Part shown: piece by piece, positions 28,869 to 37,933 of the stretch
Numbering within the stretch: the stretch's first letter is position 1
How the letters are laid out: every line of letters begins with the position of its first letter
NCBI GenBank assembly: GCA_964355975.1
Contig: CAYHFW010000007.1
Span: 27,165-91,164 of the forward strand
DNA: 64,000 bases
Source of the DNA: an uncultured Singulisphaera sp.
Lineage (GTDB): Bacteria; Planctomycetota; Phycisphaerae; Phycisphaerales; SM1A02
Direction: 5' to 3'
Program-made: the position numbers and the translations under genes
The notes under the pieces: generated by a model
The model's input: the letters and a program-made list of their open reading frames with translations, nothing else
Database searches by the model: none
What the model was told of the DNA's origin: nothing

Positions 28869-28897
28869 GGCTACATACTAGGCACTCCCCATGTTCT

Positions 28898-29335
28898 GTG
28901 CAACAATGCGAACCGATCATGCCGACCACTGCATCACGAGAGCGATTCATCAAGACCCGCCGCGACCACGCGACCGAGACCTTCGACGACTACACCGAGG
29001 CGATCGACGAGATCGCCACCACCTCTGGATCGTGCCGAGTGCGCGATTTGGCGCTCTTCATGCGCGTTTCACATGTGACGGTGGTGCGGATCGTGCGCCG
29101 ACTCGTGATCGAAGGACTCGCAGTCAAAGATCCTCACGGACCGATCTCGCTCACACCGACCGGCATACGACGCGCCCGCGCAGCGCGTGCCCGCCACGCG
29201 ACGGTCATTGCCTTTCTGGGATGCATCGGCGTACCCAGAGCGCAGGCCCTGCGCGACGCTGAGGGAATCGAACATCACGCGAGCGCGACGACGCTGCGTG
29301 CGATGCGACGCTTTATCGCGCGCAGTGCGAAGTAA
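28898..29335 (+). CDS. mntR: MntR-type (DtxR family) metal-dependent transcriptional regulator
   Basis: DDYTEAIDEI....CRVRDLALFMRVSHVTVVRIVRRL...LTPTGIRRARAARARHATVIAFL...DAEGIEHHAS. Two-domain MntR size. Divergent from the importer operon. The start could instead be M at 28919. Confidence 0.8.
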   Translation: MQQCEPIMPTTASRERFIKTRRDHATETFDDYTEAIDEIATTSGSCRVRDLALFMRVSHVTVVRIVRRLVIEGLAVKDPHGPISLTPTGIRRARAARARHATVIAFLGCIGVPRAQALRDAEGIEHHASATTLRAMRRFIARSAK

Positions 29336-30326
29336 CAAACGCATTCATCATCACATCGATGCGCTCGACTGCTTGCAAGACGCGCGCACGAGAGAGTCGC
29401 CCACCTGCGAGCGCCTCTGAGAGCGCCTCGATCGCGTTTCGCTGCCGGTCGAGTCGATGGCAGATCAGCAGACAATCCACCCCCGCTTCAATCGCGCGCA
29501 CGGCGCCTTCGCCGATTCCCATCGTGCCTGCGATCGCTTCCATTTCGAGGCAGTCGCTGAAGACGACTCCGTCGAACCCGATCTCATCGCGCAGCACTCC
29601 TTCGATGACCTTTCGACTCATTGTGGCGGGCACTCCCTCATCGATCGCTTCAAAGACAACGTGAGCCGTCATGATCGAGGCGACCTGCGCGTGCGCTGCG
29701 GCGGCGAACGGGGGCAATTCGACTGCACGCAGTCGATCAATCGCGTGCGGCAACCGAGGAAGCGCAAGGTGGCTATCGACATCGGTATCGCCGTGCCCTG
29801 GAAAGTGCTTTGCACATCCTGCGACTCCACCTGCCTGCAGCGCCTCGATGAATGCGACCGCGCACTCCGACACGACCGATTGATCTCGACTGAACGAGCG
29901 GTCACCAATGACCGGATTGGCTGGATTGCTATCGACATCGACCACGGGCGCGAAGTCGAGATCGATGTTTGCACTGCGCAGTTCGCGCGCGAACACCGCT
30001 CCAACACGCGCCGCTTCAGCCGCGCCAACACTTCCAACTTCGCGCATCGGTCCAACGGCAGTCATCCCGTCGCGCAGACGCACGACCCGCCCGCCCTCAT
30101 GATCAAGCGCGATGAACACACGTGCGCCATCGATTTCTGCGGCGCACGCTTTCAGCGACGCCGCGATCTGCGCGAGTTCTGCGTGACTCGACGCGTTGCG
30201 CGCGAAGAGAATCACACCGCTCACTCCAGCGTGAATCATCTCACGCGCGGCGTCGTTGACGACCGGCCCATCGAAGCCCACACACAAGAGCCGAGCAACC
30301 AACTTTCGATCTGCTTCCGTTGCCAT
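29313..30326 (-). CDS. nagZ: Beta-N-acetylhexosaminidase (GH3, NagZ)
   Basis: KHFPGHGDTDVDSHLALP and DHEGGRV. Start at MATEADRKLVARLLCVGFDG (30326). The 3' end overlaps the mntR 3' end by 23 nt (convergent). Confidence 0.88.
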   Translation of the reverse strand: MATEADRKLVARLLCVGFDGPVVNDAAREMIHAGVSGVILFARNASSHAELAQIAASLKACAAEIDGARVFIALDHEGGRVVRLRDGMTAVGPMREVGSVGAAEAARVGAVFARELRSANIDLDFAPVVDVDSNPANPVIGDRSFSRDQSVVSECAVAFIEALQAGGVAGCAKHFPGHGDTDVDSHLALPRLPHAIDRLRAVELPPFAAAAHAQVASIMTAHVVFEAIDEGVPATMSRKVIEGVLRDEIGFDGVVFSDCLEMEAIAGTMGIGEGAVRAIEAGVDCLLICHRLDRQRNAIEALSEALAGGRLSRARVLQAVERIDVMMNAFVTSHCAR

Positions 30327-30402
30327 CGCCAAACGATAACGGCATTGTGCGCATCGCACCCGAGCAATTTGCTGTAGAGATAGCGATGTGCAGCTCTCAC
30401 AG

Positions 30403-31629
30403 ATGACGCGCGCGGTTCGAGAACGCAACTACGCGATCTTCGCGGTCGGCTTTGCCTTTTCGGGATTCGGCCTTCAGATGCTCACGACCGTCATCCTCTG
30501 GGATCTCTGGCTTCGCACACACGATGCGCTGGTGTTGGGAATGGCTGGACTCGCCCGCGCGCTTCCTGTCGTTGCGCTTGCGCTCGTCTCTGGTCACGTT
30601 GCAGACCGCCACAGTCGAAAGCGCATCATCGCGCTGACACAGTTCGGATTCGTCGGCGTCTGCGCGTGCTTCGCGCTTGCGAGTGCAATGCAGGCGCCGA
30701 TTTGGATCTGGTACGCCCTGCTCGTCGCATCAGGGTGCGTGCGCAGTTTCAATGGTCCCAGCCGCAGTTCACTCTTGCCGCTCCTCGTGCGACCGGAAAA
30801 CTTCGAGAACGCAGTCACTTGGAACAGCGGCATCTTTCAGGCGGCAGCGGTCCTAGGTCCCGTCACTGCAGGGGCGTTGCTCGGACTCGGCGTCGAGAGT
30901 TGGGTGATTTTTCTAATCTGCGGCGCACTCATCGGCGTCATGGGCGTGCTCGCACTGCAATTGCATCCGCGCGAAGAGGCACGCGCCAACGCAACGCTCA
31001 CGCTGCGCTCACTCTTCGCAGGAATGAGCCACATCTACAAAGAGCGTGCGATTCTTGCGACGCTGTCACTCGATCTCTTCGGCGTGCTGCTCGGAGGCGC
31101 GACTGCGCTCTTGCCGATCTACGCCGATGAGATTCTTGGTGGTGGTCCGATGCTTCTTGGATGGCTCAAGGCATCGCCATACATCGGCGCATTTCTGATG
31201 GCGGTGTGGATCGCCGCGCGCCCGCGCATGCGCTACGCCGGTCCCGTGCTGCTGCTGTGTGTTGGAGTCTTTGGTGCGTGCATGATTGTCTTTGGACTCT
31301 CCACCTCGATCTGGATCAGTTTGGTCGCGCTCTTCATCTCAGGCGCCGTCGACAATGTCAGCGTCATCATTCGACACACCCTGGTGCAGACGCGCACTCC
31401 AAACGAATTGCGCGGACGGGTGAGCGCCGTGAACTCGCTCTTCATCGAGTGCAGCAACGAACTCGGCGCATTCGAAAGCGGACTCGTCGCGAAGTTCTTT
31501 GGACCAGTGATCAGCGTGGTGAGCGGCGGAATAGGCACACTCATCGTGGTCGGATCAATCGCAGGACTCTTTCCAGAGTTGCGCAGACTTCGCACGATGG
31601 TTCAACAAGAGCCCGACCAGACGACGTGA
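30403..31629 (+). CDS. MFS transporter (EntS/MFS_3-like)
   Basis: About 12 hydrophobic spans. The N-terminus MTRAVRERNYAIFAVGFAFSGFG is typical of this subfamily. An alternative GTG start lies at 30388. Confidence 0.8.
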   Translation: MTRAVRERNYAIFAVGFAFSGFGLQMLTTVILWDLWLRTHDALVLGMAGLARALPVVALALVSGHVADRHSRKRIIALTQFGFVGVCACFALASAMQAPIWIWYALLVASGCVRSFNGPSRSSLLPLLVRPENFENAVTWNSGIFQAAAVLGPVTAGALLGLGVESWVIFLICGALIGVMGVLALQLHPREEARANATLTLRSLFAGMSHIYKERAILATLSLDLFGVLLGGATALLPIYADEILGGGPMLLGWLKASPYIGAFLMAVWIAARPRMRYAGPVLLLCVGVFGACMIVFGLSTSIWISLVALFISGAVDNVSVIIRHTLVQTRTPNELRGRVSAVNSLFIECSNELGAFESGLVAKFFGPVISVVSGGIGTLIVVGSIAGLFPELRRLRTMVQQEPDQTT

Positions 31630-31667
31630 GCCGTCCGATCTGCTTTGGGGGCTTTCAGACTGCCGAC

Positions 31668-31979
31668 TCAGTGGTTGTTTGTCGACGCCGCGCCTTCGCG
31701 CGCGCCGCAACACGCCTGAACAGTTGCCTCGTCTCCATTGATCATCGCGTGGAAGACAGCAGATGGGATCGCCAAAATACGAGCTGGGTCACGCTCGATG
31801 ATCGAATTGAGAAGGACGATGTTGGTGATGTCGACGCCAGTGCTGCTATCTACAACTTCGACTTGCCGTCCACCGCGGACAATCTCATGCAGCTGGCCAG
31901 TGGTGATGAATGCGCTGCGACTGGTGTCGTACAGGCGGCGATTTGGATACTTACGAATTCGAATGACGTCTTTGATCAT
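31668..31979 (-). CDS. PhaR-like DNA-binding protein (PHB/PHA accumulation regulator N-terminal domain only)
   Basis: MIKDVIRIRKYPNRRLYDTSRSAFITTGQLHEIVRGGRQVEVVDSSTGVDITNIVLLNSIIE matches the PhaR N-terminal domain signature. The protein is only 103 aa. Confidence 0.75.
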   Translation of the reverse strand: MIKDVIRIRKYPNRRLYDTSRSAFITTGQLHEIVRGGRQVEVVDSSTGVDITNIVLLNSIIERDPARILAIPSAVFHAMINGDEATVQACCGAREGAASTNNH

Positions 31980-32050
31980 GGGGTTCTTTATAGGCGTGGG
32001 GTGTCGGACTCCCACCTATTCGCACCAAATCTGGTTTGGTTTCCCACTAT

Positions 32051-33595
32051 TCATCTATTTTTTGAAGAAATGACGGCGAGGCCGTAGTCCATTGGTTCAA
32101 CGCGAGCGTCGGTCCGTGGCTGCAGAGCGATACGCGTGGTCGCTGTCACCTCTCCAAACTGCGAAAGAGCAGCTGGAACGCTTCCTTGACCGCGCCAGAC
32201 GAGCAGCGCACCCTCATTCTTGATGCGAGCAAGATCGATCCACGGTGCGCGCACTGGAATTCCATCAAGCAGCACATCTGGATGGAACTTTCCATACACC
32301 GCAATATTTCCCGCTGAAAACATATCTCCGATCACAATCGTGAGGGGCGCGGGGGTTCCATCTGCGCGCACGGGCGCGTTTGCGATCCAAAATTCTTCAG
32401 CCTTGAGAGCGAGCGCATCACCAGGGTGCTTCACGTTGGCGATGTATCCACTGATGTAGGGGCGCACGACGTTTCGCGCAACGGCGAAGATCAACATCCC
32501 CCCTGCAAAGAGCAACCACGCGACCCAGAACGCGCGAAGGCCACCCGCCAATATTGGGCGCTTGATCCAGAGCACACATGCAAGCCCTACGAATGGAAAC
32601 CACGGCAGCGCCCAGAGTCCGAGTAGATGCAAGTTGAGCACCGCTGAAACGATCATCGCAATCACAACGGGGGCGAGAACGATCCATGTGTAGTACGCGG
32701 TCGCCGACTCACTGGCAATGGTGGATGGCGCCACCTCGATCGTTGCATCGCCGCACTTGTTGGTCGTTGACGAGAAGAGCGCGAATAGAAAGATCCAGAC
32801 ACCTCCGAGTGCGGCGACCGTTGCGATGAAGAATTCTGCGGGCCACGCCGCGCGTCCCCACCATGGCTCGGGCTCGTGCTGCCGTCCAAATGGTGTGCGA
32901 AGCGGACTGAAATCGAGCAGCGACATGCCGTAGATGTGTGGCGCGATGGTGACGAGACCAACAAGGATCGCAAGCCACGGACCCGCGGTCTTCCAAGTCG
33001 CGCGGCGCTCTTGACTCGTCAGCGTGAAGAGCATCACTGCCGCGGCAGGAATTGCTGCTGAGTATTTTCCGTAAACCGCGACGGCACTGAAAAATCCGAA
33101 GGCGATCCATCCAAGTGTCGATCCGTTGATCGCGCGCCATCCAGCCCATGCTGCGGCGGCGAGAAACGGCAGTTGCACCGAATTGTGATTGAAGACATCG
33201 CAACCTTGGCTGTAGAAGATGCATCCCTGCACAGAGAGCGCAGCGATGAGCGCGCGCCACGGACCTGTGACATCGAGCGCCGCGCGCCAGACGATGATCG
33301 TCGCGATGGCCGTCATCGCGGGACCGAGCAAGAATTGCGGCCAGATCGCGCGGTCAGTCGCGACGCTCACTGCTTCGGCGATCCATGCAGGAAGTGGTGG
33401 ATGCTTCCAGTAGCAGAGTTGCCAACTCGGCCCCCACGCGAGCAAGTCAATGTGGTCGAGCGGAAGATTTCCCTGCGTCGCAAGTGTGCCAACCGACCAC
33501 GCGAAAAAGACCACGAGCGTGGTGATCCAGAAGAGCCATGTTGTCGAAGGCCAACTCGTTTTCGCGCGCGCGTTCGTCACGCGTGAGTCGGTCAT
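32051..33595 (-). CDS. Glycosyltransferase family 39 (ArnT/PMT_2-like) membrane protein
   Basis: Many transmembrane spans, WKHPPLPAW near the N-terminus and a YGKYSA block. The start at 33595 overlaps the upstream stop (ATGA). Confidence 0.75.
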   Translation of the reverse strand: MTDSRVTNARAKTSWPSTTWLFWITTLVVFFAWSVGTLATQGNLPLDHIDLLAWGPSWQLCYWKHPPLPAWIAEAVSVATDRAIWPQFLLGPAMTAIATIIVWRAALDVTGPWRALIAALSVQGCIFYSQGCDVFNHNSVQLPFLAAAAWAGWRAINGSTLGWIAFGFFSAVAVYGKYSAAIPAAAVMLFTLTSQERRATWKTAGPWLAILVGLVTIAPHIYGMSLLDFSPLRTPFGRQHEPEPWWGRAAWPAEFFIATVAALGGVWIFLFALFSSTTNKCGDATIEVAPSTIASESATAYYTWIVLAPVVIAMIVSAVLNLHLLGLWALPWFPFVGLACVLWIKRPILAGGLRAFWVAWLLFAGGMLIFAVARNVVRPYISGYIANVKHPGDALALKAEEFWIANAPVRADGTPAPLTIVIGDMFSAGNIAVYGKFHPDVLLDGIPVRAPWIDLARIKNEGALLVWRGQGSVPAALSQFGEVTATTRIALQPRTDARVEPMDYGLAVISSKNR

Positions 33596-33861
33596 GCGCC
33601 GTACGCCTCGATCGCTTTCTTTCCGTAGACCGTTGCTGGTCCGCCGTTCATCAATGTGCAAACGTCGAGCGTTTCGTGCAACTCTTGCAATGTTGCTCCG
33701 GCAGTCTTGGCAGCCTTGACGTGATGGATGATGCACCCTTCGCAGAGGCGCGAGATTCCGCACGCGATTGCGATGAGTTCCTTTGTCTTTGTGTCGAGCG
33801 TGTTTGCTGCGAGGCTTGCGTGGTGAAGTTGCTTGAATGCTGAGGCGGTTTCAGGTGTCAT
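33592..33861 (-). CDS. Carboxymuconolactone decarboxylase (AhpD-like) family protein
   Basis: LDTKTKELIAIACGISRLCEGCIIHHVKAA (CxxC motif); 89 aa from the ATG at 33861. Confidence 0.8.
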   Translation of the reverse strand: MTPETASAFKQLHHASLAANTLDTKTKELIAIACGISRLCEGCIIHHVKAAKTAGATLQELHETLDVCTLMNGGPATVYGKKAIEAYGA

Positions 33862-33934
33862 ATTGAACTCTCGGTGTGTTGGGTGATGCGAGTTGTGGAA
33901 TGATGGGGCACAAGGATAGAGAGAGACGGTGATG

Positions 33935-33963
33935 TTGACGCGCACCTGCATGCTGTCTATAGT
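33935..33963 (+). promoter_or_regulatory. Near-consensus sigma70 promoter of the initiator tRNA
   Basis: TTGACG (33935-33940), 17 nt spacer, TATAGT (33958-33963), then a GC-rich discriminator tgcccccc. The tRNA 5' end is 13 nt after the -10 element. Confidence 0.7.
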
Positions 33964-33975
33964 TGCCCCCCTGAC

Positions 33976-34049
<74 letters not shown>

Positions 34050-34050
34050 T

Positions 34051-34194
34051 TTGAGGCGTCGCCCTTCGGCGACGCGCGCAGACAGATTGAGGCGTCGCCC
34101 TTCGGCGACGCGCGCAGACAGATTGAGGCGTCGCCCTTCGGCGACGCGCGCAGACAGATTGAGGCGTCCCACTTCGGCGACGCGCGCAGAAACA
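34051..34194 (+). repeat. Tandem array of four 36-bp units, each carrying an 8-bp stem/tetraloop hairpin
   Basis: Units at 34051-34086, 34087-34122 and 34123-34158 are identical (ttgaggcgtcgcccttcggcgacgcgcgcagacaga). The fourth (34159-34194) is degenerate, with 2 changes in the stem and a changed tail. Hairpin: gcgtcgcc-cttc-ggcgacgc. Confidence 0.95.
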
Positions 34195-34267
34195 GACCGC
34201 ACGCCCTGGCTTGAACGCTGGGGCGTTTGCGTTTTCGCTGCGCGCGTGACGCGCCACACCGCCAACT

Positions 34268-35068
34268 TCAGCCATCGCCCCAGATGTAGAAGTCGATGCT
34301 GCAGACTTCTTCGAATCCAAGTTTGACGGCGATCGGCGCGGAAGTCTTGCGGTCGCCTTGCATCACCGCGGAGTCCTTCCCCATCGCACGCGCAGCGGCA
34401 ACTCGTGCGGCCATCATCGACGTGTAGATCCCGTGGCCACGGTGTTCACTCAGCGTGGCTGCGCCTTGCATCACTGCGACCGTGCTGCCTCGAGGCGAAA
34501 ACATGCTCGCGACAGAGACCGGCGTCTCGACGCCATCGAGAAACGCGAGGTAATGACCTCCGCACTCGAGCAACGGAAACAAGTCGCAGAAGACGGCTGA
34601 CAACGGCTCGGGCATGGGATACGCGGCTGTGTAGAGGCGAATGACATCATCTCGATCTGCGTCGGTCGCTCGGCGCACGGTCACCAACGGATTGCACTTG
34701 ATGTCGCGCGTCAGATCGGTGAACACCATCCCAGCTTGTTGAATGGCGAGGCGGAATCCTGCAGATTCGAGTCGGCTGACGAGATCGATCGGCGAGGACG
34801 ATGGATTGAGCCACCAGCCAACCATGTGTTTGCGCGTGCCGAAGAATTCTTGCACCTGCGCGATGACAGCGTCGGCATTCTCTGCCGTGAGGGTGGATAC
34901 GCCGACCATGTTGCCGAGCGGATGGGAAATGTGCGGGGTGGCGTGCGCGCGAACACCAGGAAATGTCGAGATTTCCCACTGTCCCGGCACGTCTGGAAAC
35001 TCGAACAAACTGTTCTCGAGGGCGTGCAGGATTGCTGTCTTGTTTGCTCCCAAGTGCGTCGCTCTCAT
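34268..35068 (-). CDS. GNAT-family N-acetyltransferase (C-terminal GNAT domain)
   Basis: C-terminal half: YLAFLDGVETPVSVASMF...VMQGAATLSEHRGHGIYTSMMAARVAAARAMG...LGFEEV, i.e. acetyl-CoA motif A (R/Q-x-x-G-x-G/A). Confidence 0.7.
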   Translation of the reverse strand: MRATHLGANKTAILHALENSLFEFPDVPGQWEISTFPGVRAHATPHISHPLGNMVGVSTLTAENADAVIAQVQEFFGTRKHMVGWWLNPSSSPIDLVSRLESAGFRLAIQQAGMVFTDLTRDIKCNPLVTVRRATDADRDDVIRLYTAAYPMPEPLSAVFCDLFPLLECGGHYLAFLDGVETPVSVASMFSPRGSTVAVMQGAATLSEHRGHGIYTSMMAARVAAARAMGKDSAVMQGDRKTSAPIAVKLGFEEVCSIDFYIWGDG

Positions 35069-35151
35069 GCGCGCAAGTTAGGTGAGTTGCAATGAGTCCC
35101 TCGGGACTCCTTTCAACCGCGAGCCGGCGCCGCTGGTGATCGACGTCCAGC

Positions 35152-35346
35152 TCAAGACGCTTTCGCGTGGCATACGATCGCGCGCATCGTGAACCGCGTC
35201 GATCGAACTGGCACGACGATGCCAACGTCGTTCGTGAAGCGCGGCTCACCGAACACCGTTGACGCGATCGACCCAGTGACGAAGCGAGGACAGCCGATTC
35301 GATCGAGCCGCTCTCCGATGAGACGCAGCAGTTCTGTGGGGTCCAT
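35152..35346 (-). pseudogene. Truncated minimal-nucleotidyltransferase-like gene
   Basis: MDPTELLRLIGERLDRIGCPRFVTGSIASTVFGEPRFTNDVGIVV... carries the GS-x(n)-D-x-D nucleotidyltransferase signature with the second Asp replaced by Gly. The ORF stops after 64 aa. Confidence 0.4.
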
Positions 35347-35585
35347 CAGTCGCGCCCGTCTGAACGAGAGCGGCACGCCATCCGCCTTGCTGTCTCGGCG
35401 GCGATTCGTCCCTCCGTCCACTCAGGATGTTGGGCAGCTACGCCGCAGCGCACGAGCGCGACCGCAGAGCGCCAGAGGGCGTCGAGGGTTGAGAGCCTCG
35501 TGCGAGGCGACTGTGCACGCAACACAGCAAGAAGCGTTGGATCGCAACGATCATCGGTAGCGTGCGATTGGCTCGACTCATCCAT
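35346..35585 (-). CDS. Small helical hypothetical protein, upstream partner of the broken nucleotidyltransferase
   Basis: 79 aa. Its stop overlaps the downstream start (TGATG geometry). No family assigned with confidence. Confidence 0.35.
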   Translation of the reverse strand: MDESSQSHATDDRCDPTLLAVLRAQSPRTRLSTLDALWRSAVALVRCGVAAQHPEWTEGRIAAETARRMACRSRSDGRD

Positions 35586-35657
35586 GTCGAAATCATATCG
35601 CTCATCATGCGCGGATTGCTCGCAGAATCAGGTTCTTCACCACGCGACTGCGCGCGA

Positions 35658-36770
35658 TCACTTGATCGACCATGTGGGTGCAGGACTCGGAGAGGTCGCA
35701 ACTGGTATCAGCGGGTAGAGCGTGTGCGCGGGATAGATTCGCGTTGCTGCAGGGTCATCTGAGTCGACGCGCCATCCGAGGCTTCGATCAAGCGGCTTGA
35801 GTTCGTGTTCGTTGAGCCACGCGCGCAGTTCGTCGAGCGATCCGATGAACCATGCGTAGTACTGTCCAAAATAGTTGTCGGGTGCACCTGGGATGCGATG
35901 CGCACGCAAGCGCCATGCGCGTACGAGTGTCGCATCGATCGGAGTGGACTCCACGTAGCCGCCCCCGTGCATCGTGGCGTCTTTGACGCGTCGCTTCTTC
36001 CAGAGGTCGCTCGATGGATCAACAATGTCGAGTCGCGTGCCGTCGCGCCAGACGGCTGGTCCGCCGAAACTCTCAAACGTTGTTGGGTCGTAGCCTGGCA
36101 CGCCTGCAACCATCGATGGATGCGCGACGACCCCCGATGCATCAGGCTGAACGATCGCGCGAAAGTATCCCTTTGGATCGAATCGCGCGTGCAGCATGTC
36201 GGCTGGAGGCAACCAACCCGAATCGCGCGCGGCATCGGTGTCGACCTTGTTCCACGCGAGAATGCCGCGGTAATCCGCTGGCACATTGATCACGAACACC
36301 ATCTCTGGCCAGAGCGGAGCGCGGTAACGCGTGTGCCACGAATCGCTCGTCACTTGCGCGAACTCGGCCGGGACCTGCGACCATCCCACGCCTTCGTAGT
36401 AAGGCGCTTCTTGTGACTTGGTCCGGTCGCCGCGGCGAACTTGCCACCACGCGTCGTCGACGAGTCGAATTGATTCGATCGTTGCCACACCGCGAGCGTC
36501 AGTCGTCGCCTCCTCGAACAACACCGCTGTGAACTTGTCGGTCGGCGCGCCATGCATGACGCACGCCCCCGCGACGGGCTCACCAGAAATCGCGTCGAAC
36601 ACCTCGATCTCAACCTTCTGCGTCACATGCGGGCGAAAGCATCCACCGAGTGCGGTGGTGACCAGCGCCGCTGCAGCGATGGTCGATGGCGATGCGATTC
36701 GACAAAGCCAACAACACCGCTCTGCGCGACTGCCTAGATTCGGCGGACGTTTCAGCAGCAGCTCAGACAT
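35658..36770 (-). CDS. Hypothetical lipoprotein translationally coupled to the Fic gene
   Basis: Start at the ATG at 36770 (MSELLLK...), overlapping the Fic stop by 8 nt. Lipobox-like ...ALVTTALGGC. A carboxypeptidase-regulatory-like beta-sandwich start (VEIEVFDAISGEPVAGACV...TDARGVATIE). Confidence 0.55.
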   Translation of the reverse strand: MSELLLKRPPNLGSRAERCCWLCRIASPSTIAAAALVTTALGGCFRPHVTQKVEIEVFDAISGEPVAGACVMHGAPTDKFTAVLFEEATTDARGVATIESIRLVDDAWWQVRRGDRTKSQEAPYYEGVGWSQVPAEFAQVTSDSWHTRYRAPLWPEMVFVINVPADYRGILAWNKVDTDAARDSGWLPPADMLHARFDPKGYFRAIVQPDASGVVAHPSMVAGVPGYDPTTFESFGGPAVWRDGTRLDIVDPSSDLWKKRRVKDATMHGGGYVESTPIDATLVRAWRLRAHRIPGAPDNYFGQYYAWFIGSLDELRAWLNEHELKPLDRSLGWRVDSDDPAATRIYPAHTLYPLIPVATSPSPAPTWSIK

Positions 36771-37920
36771 CGTCGCCTGTGAGAATTTGGATGTACTTGT
36801 GGTACGCGAACACTCGATCACGCTGCTTCCCAGTCGTTTCCCGCAGAATGCCGCGCTCCGCGAGGATGCCGATCGCCTTGCGGGCGGTGGGCGCGGTGGT
36901 CTTGAGCATGTCGCGTGCACGTGGCACCGTGACTATCGGGTGTTGGGGGAGCAGGTCCAACAATTGGATTGAGGCGACCGTCGCTCGGCCGTGCCTCATC
37001 AACTGCAGTCGATCATTGGCTAGCAGCGCGAAGAGCCGCTGCGCAACATCGATGCCGTCCTCGGCAGCCTCCCGAACGCAGTCGAGATAGAAGTTCACCC
37101 ACCCCTCCCAATCTCCGTTGGTGCGGACGGCGGAGAGGCGATCGTAGTACTTGTGCTGGTGACGCTTGAAGGACAGACTGAGGTACAGCAGTGGTGACTT
37201 CATGACCTTCCAGTGCTCAAGCAGTAGCGTGATGAACAACCGACCTATGCGGCCATTGCCGTCGAGGAACGGATGGATCGTCTCAAACTGGACATGCGCG
37301 AGGCCGGCTTTGATCAACGGCGCAAGCGCATCGTCTGTATGAATCCATCGCTCCAGCGCAGTCATCGCAGCGGGCACGTCCGCAGGCGGCGGCGGAACGA
37401 ATCGGGCATTGCTCGGCCGCGTGCCACCGACCCAGTTCTGACTTTTTCGCACCGTGCCAGGGTTCTTGTCGCTTCCGTGCACACCCTTCATCAGGCGCTT
37501 GTGCGCTTCGCATAGAAGGCGGGTGCTGAGCGGCAGTCCTCTTGGATTGGCGAGCTCTCGGCGCGCGTATGTCAGAGCATCGACGTAATTGCAGACTTCC
37601 TCCACATCCTCGGGACGCTCAGACTCGTCCGTCGCTTCAAAGGTCACAACATCGCGCAACGTCGCTTGGGTGCCTTCGATTTGTGACGTGAGCACAGCCT
37701 CCTTTCGCACGAAGCCGTAAAGGAACCAGTCCGTGCTCGCAACCATGCTTCCAGCGACCTCGAGTCGTGCAAGCGCGGACAGCGCCGCAGCGCAGCGTCG
37801 GTCGATTGCACCGCCAAGATCCAGAGGCGGATTGGTCGGCGGAAGCGGATGCGGAATGAATGCCTTGACAGGTTCACCTGTCGTGTTCGTGACTCGATAT
37901 GTGCCGGTCCGACGTGGCAT
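36763..37920 (-). CDS. Fic-domain protein (class II, with N-terminal inhibitory motif and C-terminal wHTH-like domain)
   Basis: Fic active-site loop HPFLDGNGRIGRLFITLLL. Upstream (S/T)xxxE(G/N) inhibitory motif in LTSQIEGTQ. The C-terminal ~70 aa look like a winged helix (TAPTARKAIGILAERGILRE). Confidence 0.9.
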   Translation of the reverse strand: MPRRTGTYRVTNTTGEPVKAFIPHPLPPTNPPLDLGGAIDRRCAAALSALARLEVAGSMVASTDWFLYGFVRKEAVLTSQIEGTQATLRDVVTFEATDESERPEDVEEVCNYVDALTYARRELANPRGLPLSTRLLCEAHKRLMKGVHGSDKNPGTVRKSQNWVGGTRPSNARFVPPPPADVPAAMTALERWIHTDDALAPLIKAGLAHVQFETIHPFLDGNGRIGRLFITLLLEHWKVMKSPLLYLSLSFKRHQHKYYDRLSAVRTNGDWEGWVNFYLDCVREAAEDGIDVAQRLFALLANDRLQLMRHGRATVASIQLLDLLPQHPIVTVPRARDMLKTTAPTARKAIGILAERGILRETTGKQRDRVFAYHKYIQILTGDDV

Positions 37921-37933
37921 GATGAGGAAGCTT

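Noticed and set aside
34051-34194. Possible CRISPR array (36-bp direct repeats with internal dyad symmetry)
   Set aside because: The units abut directly with no spacers. There are only four copies and no cas genes or leader. This is a simple tandem repeat.
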